Below are positions 23,701 to 35,700 of a stretch of DNA of 64,000 nt, one piece after another. The position numbers were made by a program, and so were the translations under genes. Within the stretch, counting starts at the first letter, position 1, and every line of letters starts with the position of its first letter. The notes beneath the pieces are model-generated. The model was not told the origin of the DNA. It saw nothing but the letters and a program-made list of their open reading frames with translations, and did no database searches. Origin of the DNA: Macrostomum hystrix (Eukaryota > Animalia > Platyhelminthes); NCBI GenBank assembly GCA_950097015.1, contig CATNEN010000033.1:1116001-1180000 (forward strand), in the 5' to 3' direction.

Positions 23701-26700
23701 TCATCAGCAGCAGCAACAGCAGCAGCAGCAGCAGCAGCATCCTTTGCCGGAATTAGTTTCTGAAGCAACACTAAAAATCCTGATCCTTTTAGTCAGATGA
23801 GACGGAAATCTCGGGCCCAAGACTGTTTAATTCCCCATCTCTTCCTGCCCTATGCTTCGCTGAGGAGATAATGCCGAGTCTAATAATCCGGGAGAGGAGC
23901 GGAAGCTGGGGTTAATCCGCCCCATTAGCCCTATTGGCTGCTTAGCAGCAACTCGGAGAATATCCGTGCTAGACAGAAATGCATCGAATGGCTCGGGTGC
24001 CACTGAAGCAAGCAATCAATCACTGACCTTTCCTGCTTAATACAATGAGCATAACTTGGCATAGCTGGAGCCAAGGGGCTGCTGCGAAAGTCTTCAATCA
24101 AATCGCGTCAGGAAATTTTGGGAATGAGGCATTTCGAATTCCAGTCAGCTTTTGATAGCAATGGTCTGTTGTTGCTTGCAGACTTTGATTTCTATTTTTT
24201 ATTTTTCCGAATTTGATTTATACCTCAGGACTTCAACCCCGCTTACCCTGATGACAACCCGCTTACCCCGATGACACTCAGCTTACCCTGATGACAACCC
24301 GCTTACCCTGATGACACCCCGCTTACCCTGATGACACCCCGCTTACCCTGATGACACCCCGCTTACCCTGATGACACCCCGCTTACCCTGATGACACCCC
24401 GCTTACCCTGATGACACCCCGCTTACCCTGATGACACCCCGCTTACCCTGATGACAACCCGCTTACCCTGATGACACCCCGCCGCTTACCCTGATGACAC
24501 CCCGCTTACCCTGATGACACCCCGCTTACCCTGATGACACCCCGCTTACCCTGATGACAATCCGCTTACCCTGATGACACCCCGCTTACCCTGATGACAA
24601 CCCGCTTACCCTGATGACAACCCGCTTACCCAGATGACACTCCAAGCACCAGTGTTTGATTCTCACCTCACCAGAAGCTGAGCTGACCGTAAAAAATCCC
24701 ACAATGCTGGGATATTTATCCCGCAGCTCCTGAACCGGCATGTCAAACTTGGCCACCTTGTCGCAATGAGTGCCAACCACAAAGATGGGAACTCCTGGCG
24801 CGTGGCAGGAGATGCTGTTCATCCAGAAGTCAAGTCCGGCGTGTTCAAAGCCCAGGCGCATGTTCCACACCAACAGGTACACAGCTCGCGAGGTCAGAAA
24901 GAACTGGTGCGTGTTGTAGTACAGGGTCTGGCCAGCGAAATCCCACACGCTGAAGGTGACGGACTGTCCAGATCTGTTGATGGTCCAGGTGCTGATATCG
25001 ATGCCGTCTGTGATGGCCTCCATGCGCAGCTGGGGCGCTTTGAAGTCTGGCGACATCAGGGCGCGCATGAGGCTGTGGCGAACGGAGTGGCGAAGGTGCT
25101 AGCAATTCCACAGGTGATTCTGCATTCAAAGCTAACACCATCGAGACAGACTTACCTGGTCTTGCCGGCGCCGCCCAAGCCGACGAACATGAGCTTAGTG
25201 CGGTAGCAGGCGACGCTGCCGCTAGCCAGGCGGCGCAGGTAGGCGATTGTGGCCAGCATGCCCTGTGCCAGAATCTCCTGCGGCGGAGTCTTCAAATTCT
25301 CGCAGCCCTGCATTGACAGCACTGCGGATTGAGGGTAGGGCTGCAATGCACATTCTACATCAACTCGATGCACATTCTACATCAACTCGATGCACATTCT
25401 ACATCAATTCGATGCACATTCTACATCAACTCGATGCACATTCTACATCAACTCGATGCACATTCTACATCAACTCGATGCACATTCTACATCAACTCGA
25501 TGCACATTCTACATCAATTCGATGCACATTCTACATCAACTCGATGCACATTCTACATCAACTCGATGCACATTCTACATCAACTCGATGCACATTCTAC
25601 ATCAACTCGATGCACATTCTACATCAACTCGATGCACATTCTACATCAACTCGATGCACATTCTACATCAACTCGATGCACATTCTACATCAACTCGATG
25701 CACATTCTACATCAACTCGATGCACATTCTACATCAACTCGATGCACATTCTACATCAACTCGATGTATGTATGTATGTATGTCAACTCTCGAGTGTCTT
25801 GTATGCATAAAGTTTGCTAGGTTGAGGATAGACCCAGTTGTGCCTGATCATGCGTACCGAGGCCAGACATATTATTTTCCTGAACGCCCGCCCCCCTCCC
25901 TCCAGAAAATGTGTTTATGCGTCAATTTTCAAGGGTAATAACAAAATTAATAACAGGTGAGCACTGCTTTAGCCTGATTAGGGATGGAAATGATTAAAAG
26001 GATGTACCAGCCAGGACTATTTTCTTCCCGATGACCTTTGGCTTAGTAATAGTTTCATTTAGCATTGCAAGGTAATCTGGCACGCGAGCGGGATGCACGC
26101 CATTTCGTGTTCTTTCGTAGCAATGTCTTTAAGCAGCCATTTTTGCCGCAGAAATCGATTAGTCTAATCTGGCCTGTCTCATGGCCAGCCGCAATTTCAT
26201 AACTAAAAATAACCCAAAAATACGGTGGAGTCTAAAAAAGTACAATTAGGAGTATTCGATAAGTTAGAAAGGACACACGAGATTTGGAAACCAGGAAACC
26301 TGGAAACCAGGAAACCTGGAAACCTGGAAACCTGGAAACCTGGAAACCTGGAAACCTGGAAACCTGGAAACCAGGAAACCTGGAAACCAGGAAACCTGGA
26401 AACCTGGAAACAAGAAAACTCAGAAACCTGGTCAGTTTTCGAGAGCCCTAACCACTGTGCTAAAATCGTTGTAGAAACGTTTCTTTACTGCGAAAACTTA
26501 ATGGAAAAGCATGAAAACCTGTTATTGACTCACCTGTGAGCTGCGGAAAGTTGCCCTGTACACTTTCCAGGTAAATATTGTGATCCAGGATGAGTGTGCG
26601 CAGCTGCTTGAGCGCCGAAATCTCAGGCGGTACTCGTCGAATGGCCTGGTTGCTGAGCACCAGGGTCTCAAGGCTGCGGCAGCCGAGGAGCTCCGAGGGG

Positions 26701-29700
26701 AATGCGTCCTCGCTCAGGTCGCCGCTCTCTTCAATGCAAAGCCGCGGCACGGTGATGAACAGCTCGGCGAGGAACTTCTGCAGCTCCTGCGCCTGCAGGA
26801 TCTTGTCGTTGTTGACATCGTGCCGGGCGAACAGCTCCTCGCCGATGCCTTTCAACGCTTTCTGCACTGCGAAGCCGTGGTTGCGGTACTCGGACCAAAC
26901 TTTGTAGGACATGATCGGCGCGCCACCGCCGCCGGCGACGCCGCCAGCTACGGCACCGCCGCCGCCAGCTCCGCCTGCGGCGCGTCTCCGATTTCGACCG
27001 CCGCGATTAGAACCGCCGCCGCCGATACCGGCGCCACTATCGTCGCCGATGACGTCACTACCTCCGGTGGCGACGCCACCCCGACTAAGCTTGGGCAGCG
27101 GCACTCCCCGTCAAGGACAGTTGGCGCAGCTTCTTCAGCCGGCCGAAGCCAGCGGGCAGTCGCTGAATCAGAGTCTCCTTCAGCATCAGGTTTGTCAGCG
27201 AGGACAAGCGGCCAATGTCCTCGGGCAAGCGGTTCAGCTGGGTCCCGCTGGCGTCCAACACCGACAGATTCGCCATCTCGCAGATGAAGTTGGGCAGGTA
27301 GCTGATTGGGTTGTTGCTAATGTTGAGAAATTTCAGCCGCTTCAGCCTGCTCAGACTGGGGTCGAGCTTCGTGATGAAGTTCTCCTGCAGCTGCAAGTTG
27401 ATCAGACACTCCGGCAGCTGACTGACCCAGCTGGTGTCGCGCATTCTGCAGCGCGACAACTCCAAGTTTGTGATGTTAGTGGCGGACAGCAGGGCTGCAT
27501 TTGGGAATGTCTCTGGCAGGATCTGGTTCCTCGCGCGAATGTTGCGCACGCAGTCAACGTGGCTGCCAAGGTCGCTCTGCTGGAGGAAATTCTTGGCGGC
27601 CGCGTGCGAGTCGCAGAGATCGCGGCTGTGAGAGTGCAGCAGCTGCGCAATCTGCAGCCCGCTGCCGCTCGCTGACTCGGGCCGCGCCTCCTGAAAACCG
27701 GCCGGGGAGACACGTCAGCAGTGAGCCTGTCCATCAGTGAGCTCTCTCTTCATCACCTGTCCTTCAGTGAGCTCTCTCTTCATCACCTGTCCTTCAGTGT
27801 GCCCTCCTTCCATCACCTGTCCTTCAGTGAGCCCTCCTTCCATCACCTGTCCTTCAGTGAGCCCTCCTTCCATCACCTGTCCTTCAGTGAGCCCTCCTTC
27901 CATCACCTGTCCTTCAGTGTGCCCTCCTTCCATCACCTGTCCTTCAGTGAGCCCTCCCTTCATCACCTGTCCATCAGTGAGCTCTCTCTTCATCACCTGT
28001 CCTTCAGTGAGCTCTCTCTTCATCACCTGTCCTTCAGTGAGCCCTCCTTCCATCACCTGTCCTTCAGTGAGCCCTCCTTCCATCACCTGTCCTTCAGTGT
28101 GCCCTCCTTCCATCACCTGTCCTTCAGTGAGCCCTCCTTCCATCACCTGTCCTTCAGTGAGCCCTCCTTCCATCACCTGTCCTTCAGTGAGCCCTCCTTC
28201 CATCACCTGTCCTTCAGTGAGCCCTCCTTCCATCACCTGTCCTTCAGTGAGCCCTCCCTTCCATCACCTGTCCTTCAGTGAGCCCTCCTTCCATCACCTG
28301 TCCTTCAGTGTGCCCTCCTTCCATCACCTGTCCTTCAGTGAGCCCTCCCTTCATCACCTGTCCATCAGTGAGCTCTCTCTTCATCACCTGTCCTTCAGTG
28401 AGCCCTCCCTTCCATCACCTGTCCTTCAGTGAGCCCTCCTTCCATCACCTGTCCTTCAGTGTGCCCTCCTTCCATCACCTGTCCTTCAGTGAGCCCTCCT
28501 TTCATCACCTGTCCATCAGTGAGCTCTCTCTTCATCACCTGTCCTTCAGTGAGCTCTCTCTTCATCACCTGTCCTTCAGTGTGCCCTCCTTCCATCACCT
28601 GTCCTTCAGTGAGCCCACCTTCCATCACCTGTCCTTCAGTGTGCCCTCCTTCCATCACCTGTCCTTCAGTGAGCCCTCCCTTCATCACCTGTCCATCAGT
28701 GAGCTCTCTCTTCATCACCTGTCCTTCAGTGAGCTCTCTCTTCATCACCTGTCCTTCAGTGAGCTCTCTCTTCATCACCTGTCCTTCAGTGAGCTCTCTC
28801 TTCATCACCTGTCCTTCAGTGAGCTCTCTCTTCATCACACTCCCTTTAATCCACGCATTGAGCCTCTAGCCAGCCAGCCCGCGGACTCACCGCTCGGCCA
28901 GACCTGATCCTAGTCAGCTGACCGGCTTTAGTCAGGCTGCTGTCTTTATAGCTGTCGAGTTGGAGCAGTCGCTTCAGCAGCAGCTGGTCCCTATAAAAGC
29001 GCAACACCGGCCAAATACCCTGCGTGATCTGCGACGGCGGAGGTTATGGAGGTTAGCGAATCAGTTTACATCTTAATAACTTACCAATCCCTCTCCTTCT
29101 CAATCTACCTGTCTGTCGTCCCTAATCCTTTACCTTCTCATCCAATCTACCTGTCGCTATATCCCCTCACTATCATACATTTCTACCTGTCTCTAATCCC
29201 TCTCCTCATTATCAAATCTACCTGTCTCTAATCCCTCTCCTTCTTATCAAATCTTCCTGTCTCTAATCCCTCTCCTTCTTATCTAATCTACCTGTCTCTA
29301 ATCCCTCTCCTTCTTATCTAATCTTCCTGTCTCTAATCCCTCTCCTTCTTATCTAATCTTCCTGTCTCTAATCCCTCTCCTTCTTATCTAATCTTCCTGT
29401 CTCTAATCCCTCTCCTTCTTATCTAATCTTCCTGTCTCTAATCCCTCTCCTTCTTATCTAATCTTCCTGTCTCTAATCCCTCTCCTTCTCATCTAATCTA
29501 CCTGTCTCTAATCCCTCTCTCCAGTCTCATTATTTTTTATCAATCAAACTTTGAAATAGTTCCCAGCAATACATTTGTACGAGTAAATTATACATATCCG
29601 AACTGTCACAATAGTAGAAGCTGTTAGCTTTCATCAGCAGAAGCAGTTAAGTCACCTGATTGACACCAAGGTCTCCGTCGACCCCTTGCAAGAAGCCCAG

Positions 29701-32700
29701 ATCGGCACGGGCGAGCAAGGACTGGAAATAAAGAAAATAAAAGCAAATTCAAACACATATACAGTCCAGAGGGGTGCATTGTAAAACAGATTCTGTTATC
29801 TCACGGTGTATCGCAGCAGGATGCTAATGACTTGAATGAGGCTTGTGTCGTAGTTCCTGACAACGAACTGGTATTCCTCTTCAGTAAGACTGACGCCCGG
29901 TTTGTCAAGCAGGTGCATGTCGCTTGTGTTGGAGCCTGGAGAGGTAATGCACTTAAGAATTAGAGATTTTGGGTCACAGAGAATTAGAGATTTCGGGTCA
30001 CAGAGAATTAGAGATTTCGGGTCATAGAGAATTAGTGATTTCGGGTCACAGAGAATTAGAGATTTTGGGTCACAGAGAATTAGAGATTTTGGATCACAGA
30101 GAATTAGAGATTTCGGGTCACAGAGAATTAGAGATTTTGGGTCACAGAGAATTAGAGATTTTGGGTCACAGAGAATTAGAGATTTTGGGTCACAGAGAAT
30201 TAGAGATTTTGGGTCACAGAGAATTAGAGATTTTGGATCACAGAGAGTTAGTGATTTCGGGTCACAGAGAATTAGAGATTTTGGATCATAGAGAATTAGA
30301 GATTTCGGGTCACAGAGAATTAGAGATTTTGGATCACAGAGAATTAGAGATTTTGGATCATAGAGAATTAGAGATTTCGGGTCACAGAGAATTAGAGATT
30401 TTGGATCACAGAGAATTAGAGATTTTGGATCACAGAGAATTAGAGATTTCGGGTCACAGAGAATTAGAGATTTCGGATCATAGAGAGTTTGTCATTTGTC
30501 AATTAGTCCTTTGTCATCCAAAGCATAGCAAATGGGTAACAATTTTTATTCTTGAGCTTCAGTTAACCCAATTGTACTCGTAAATTGGGTAGCAGCAATA
30601 GTTTGAGTAGAACTCAGTAGAAATTAGAGTGGGTGTGGCCGGTCCACGGACTGAAAAGCTGTACACAGCCTTTGGAACCGCTACGCTCTTAACTGGGTTA
30701 GGTATGGTTTCTATCTATCTGGATATAGTGTTTTGTGGTGTCATGAAGACGGAATTATTTAGTCGCATATTACTATTGTTATCAGTAGTACTATTTTACA
30801 GGTACATTATAATACTTCATAGGTTACGCGCACCAGACGTGTTAGAAAGCTAATCTCTTGCTAGCAAGTACTCAGACTCGGCTAATCCTGTGGGGCTGAT
30901 TGGCAATGAGAGTTGACGTTAACTGGCACAGTTTGGCCACTATTGAATTAGCCAGCAATTTGAGAGCACAAGTCGGCCCAATTAAGTTCAGGAATTATGC
31001 AGGTCCTGAGTGCCAGCCGAACTCCTTCTAAACATTTTCGCATCCTTCAGCAATCGGAATTAGTAAACAACAGGCCGAACTGCAAATCCAAGGTCTCTGA
31101 CGTCCCTGGAGGATTTGCTCGGAGGCCATTAGGCGGGACTGAACAGAGTAGAAGGATTAAAAAACAGAACTCCTGCATAATTACAAATGATGCTAAGCAA
31201 AGTCAAGTTTTGCTTTTGTTGTTTTATTCAATCGATAAAAAACTGCATCAATTTGACGTCTGCAAATATTTCCAGTACAATGTAAACAATAAATGAGTTT
31301 TTTAGTGTCTTAAACTCAGCATTGAGATGATGGACGAGGAAAACTTGTTCCCGTAGTCTATGGCCTTCTCTAGTTCTGTTCCGCTACTCATTTCCATTGG
31401 CCATTTTAAATATTGGAGACTAAAATTATAAACTGATGCTCAATCAGCACATGCTTGAAGGTGGAGGATCACATGTGTCTCAGATGGCCAGATCAACAGC
31501 AGCGCCATCATCAGCTGCAGCCGCGGCAGGAGAAGGTAGCCAGGGTCGACAAAGTGAAGTCTACTCGGCTAGACAAAAAGAGCAGCGATAGCCGCGTGAG
31601 AAATAGCAACCAGGCACCAGCAGCAGCATCAGTCACACCCTTTTCCGTCCCGGAAAAGCTGCTTCGCTACTTCGCCCAATCTCAGTCCGCCGATTTTCTA
31701 GCTTCGCAGCAGCTGCAATGGCTGCCCAGCGGCGGCTTTGTCTGCGCCTACAGCAACGGCGGCGCGGATGTGCGCGAGTTCTTCGCCCACCTCGGCTGGC
31801 CGCACCTGCTGGGCGTAGCTAGCGGCAAAATGTGCGGCCACGCTGGGAAGCGAAATCAGCCGGGAATCTGCGGCCCAAGCAATCGTCTGTGGCATTGTCC
31901 CTGCGTGCAGAACGCCTTGTCAGCGATGCCGGACTACGCCTTCTTCTGGGGCAGTCTCTCGTCGACTGCCTTCGCACTGTGCATGGCCGCCAGCCAGCAG
32001 CGCAGCCGGCCGCTGGTGATGAACCGGATTCCCTGGGTGACGCTCATCAGCAACAAGAGCCAGCTGGCGCTAACCTGCATGGCTCACAAGCACAGCGGCT
32101 CCGCCCTCTGCCTACAGAGCCACATCCCGGCTACGTTCATTTTGGACAGGGACACAGACCGCAACTCGCTGCGCCTAATGGCCCGACGCCTACTGGAGAT
32201 GCACCCAGTGTGGATTGTCAAGCCGCAAAACTTCGCCAAAGGCGAGGGTATCCAGTTGGCTTTCCGGGAAGACGGTGAGACCGCCATGGTGCGCAGCCTG
32301 GCCAGCGACCGCTGGGGCTTCAGCAAGGTTGTGCAGTGCTACATGACTGAACCGATGCTGCTGGGCGGAAAAAAATTCGACCTGCGCGTCTTCCTGCTGC
32401 TCGTGACGACCGGCTCCGGGCTGCTGGCTTTCTACCACACCGGCTACGTCCGGCTGGCCCTCAACAACTTCACAGTCTGCGAAAAAAAACGCTTGGACAC
32501 ACACCTCACCAACCAGGCCGTGCAGGCAAAGCAGTTTAACTACGAGGCTAACAAGGAGGACACGATCTGGACGGTGGAGCAGATGAACAGGTACCTCAAC
32601 AGGCAGTCGACTAGCGAGTTCAGCAACGACTGGACGGTGCGGCAACTGCACCCGACTGTCAAGCTTCTGGTGGGCACGTTGGTGGATGCGCTGGTTCAGC

Positions 32701-35700
32701 GGGTGCAAAACGATCGCAGAAGCAGCGCCGCCAAGCAGCCGAAGCCGCAGTGGGAGCGCCACCCGTGCCGCAACACCTTCAGCTTGCTGGGTCTCGACGT
32801 GCTGATCGACGAAGTCGGCAAGCCGTGGCTCATCGAGGCCAACGCTGACCCAGCGCTGAGCCGGCAGACCCTGGCGTTGGAACGGCTGCTGCCGTCCGTG
32901 ACCTCTGAGGCCTTCGGTCTGGCCATGGAGATCATCTACAGGTGCCACGGCGCTGATCCTCAGGCGCCGGCGCCAGCAGCGCAGGATTTGGCATTCCTGC
33001 AGAATTTCCAGCCCCTTGGCTACTACCAAATTGTTGACAACTGACGGACGCCACCTTCGCAGTTGTTCGAATTTAATTTTTTAAAACTGAACTCGAAGCA
33101 GCAGCTTGGCTTTTATTTATTCCAGCTGCCAGCCTGTGATCTTTGGTTTTTTTGCAACGCCTGCTTTCCGTTTTTTCAGGAAAATATTTTTTCTTTGAGA
33201 TATACTTCATCCTAACAGCGAAACATAGTGCAGAAAATTATTGTTACACTGCTTTGTTGCTGGTAGAGATGGATATAGTGGGCCCGCAGACTGCAATCAC
33301 GAACCAACGTTCAACAGTCATCATTGACTACCCACTCACACAGCAATGTACCAGCTGTGTCGCTGAGGAAGCTATAAGAATGCTCGAAAACTTAAGGAAA
33401 CAATATGGCACCTAATAATATAACTAAAAATGACAAAAAACATCTGCCCCAATTTGGGACAGATGTGCAGCCGACATCACAAATTGTTATTGCGCGACGC
33501 ACTTGAAGTCTGTGGAACGGCTGTTCAGTCCATGGACAGGGTGAGGCCACACCCACCCTCAATTACCACAGCTGCGTGAACTGAAACAATCCAGAGTTAA
33601 TTAAAATGTCTTGCTAAAGGTAAAAAAATTGTTCAGTCGAGTCGGGAACCGAGCCCACAACCATGATGTACAGCCAGCGGCTATTGCAAAGCGCATCTAA
33701 AAGCTGCGTACAGCCGTTCAGTCCATGGACCCGAATTTCCATCCCATCCCAGCTAATTTTAGTACCGATTTAGCAGACAAATCCTAATTCAAACAGTTCA
33801 AGCAGGGACACTCACTCCACTGCAGTCCGCGGCACAAGAAGTGCAAGCTTTGATTCTTCTCCGACTGCACTTTCATTCTCGGCGGTATGAACAGGTCCTC
33901 GGACTTCAGGTCGGCCGGCAGCAGGATGAAGTACACCGGATTGCGCGACGGGTTCCACTTGGTGGTCAAGGCGGCTACTAGGGAGGAGGGCGAGTTCGCG
34001 CTGGACGTGCAGTGCCTGGACTGCTTGTTTCGGATGGGCAGCGGCGTGTACTGCTCCTGGAAACGGGGAGAGAACACACGGTGAAAAGTGCGGCCCAGAG
34101 TGGAAGGGAGGCTGTCATTAGTATGCCAGTCGGATGCGACCGCGAGACCACAGTCTCAGTTCAGCCTGGCTGAATTGTGGTCTGCTAATATGATTTTATT
34201 TCGAGCAACCCATATATATTTCTTTTTTCTGTATCTTCTAAACTATTAAAATCAATCCCATGAAAATCCAGAAGCCAGACTAAACTTTTCCTCTTCATCC
34301 GATGAGAAAACTTCCAGAATCATAAAGAATTGGCATCGTCGTGATATTCAACGATTCTCGTCAAAGGGTCTGCTGGCAAAAACAAACAAAAAAAATTTAT
34401 TTTTGTGCATACAATAGTTCATCATGTAACAATTTCGGCTATTATTGTTGATTATATTGTTATTTTTTTATTGAACCAATATGGATTCGCCAAAGAGGTT
34501 TATACACAGCAATGTCAATTTTATTTGTCACCAGGGACTTCGTCAAGAAACGTCGAAAATCTCAACTATGCTGAAGTCGGACGGCTTTGAAAGTTGATTA
34601 ATTGCAAAGAGTGGAAAAGTTTGATTTATATGGTGGAATTTCACGGAAATTGGTCATTGTGTTTGGGAGCAATCGTCAAGTAGGCAGTTGGTATTTGGCA
34701 CACCCCGTGGTCTTTCCCGGGGGGGGATAGCGTGGTCTTTTCCGGGGGGGAATAGCGTGGTCTTTTCCGGGGGGGAATAGCGTGGTCTTTCCAGGGGGGA
34801 ATAGCGTGGTCTTTCCAGGGGGGAATAGCGTGGTCTTTTCCGAGGGGGAATAGCGTGGTCTTTTCCGGGGGGGAATAGCGTGGTCTTTTCCGGGGGGGAA
34901 TAGCGTGGTCTTTTCCGGGGGGAATAGCGTGGTCTTTCCAGGGGGGGGAATAGCGTGGTCTTTTCCGGGGGGAATAGCGTGGTCTTTCCAGGGGGGGGAA
35001 TAGCGTGGTCTTTTCCGGGGGGAATAGCGTGGTCTTTTCCGGGGGGGGGGAATAGCGTGGTCTTTCCCGGGGGGAATAGCGTGGTCTTTTCCGGGGGGAA
35101 TAGCGTGGTCTTTCCAGGGGGGGAATAGCGTGGTCTTTTCCGGGGGGAATAGCGTGGTCTTTTCCGGGGGGGAATAGCGTGGTCTTTCCCGGGGGGAATA
35201 GCGTGGTCTTTCTACTGTTAAAAGTTTTTCCGAAAGAACGAAGTCCTTCCACTGAGCCAGATTTCAGGGGGTGAGTGGGTCAGCGGCTAATGCCGCCGCC
35301 TCACTTTCCAATGGTCGCTGGTTCGTTCTTCCCTCCAAGTCACGATTATTTCGGGGCTTAGTTGGAGGTTTGCGGAGTAGTGACTTGCGGAGATGCACCT
35401 TATTCTGTGCAACCAAAGCTAATTTAAAATAGCTTAACCCCTGCCTTCTGCATGCCTGCTTGTTTGTGTTTGTGTTTGTGCGTTGGGCCGGGTGTGGAGC
35501 GTTGTATGCGGGGTGGGGCGGGTGTGCACCAATGTGTACTCTCGTCCCTACCCTTCAGGCATCTAAGTCCTCCCCTGATTTGGTCAGCTCTGTGCGTGTG
35601 CGGGCCTGGGGTGATGCCGTTCCTGTGTTTGTGCGTCAAGTGCCCCAGGCCCCCTGCAAATAAGAGCCAGCCTTCTACCAAGCTTGACCCGAGGAGATCG

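Noticed and set aside
24667-25321. Calling the gene LRRK1/LRRK2/MFHAS1
   Set aside because: No kinase or WD40 exons, and the C-terminus is TIR-TIR; no gene symbol is justified.
30629-30853. Hydrophobic ORF as a signal-anchor exon for the TTLL gene
   Set aside because: Its first part is a SINE family C fragment also seen at ~45385-45430; the rest is AT-rich intron-like sequence.
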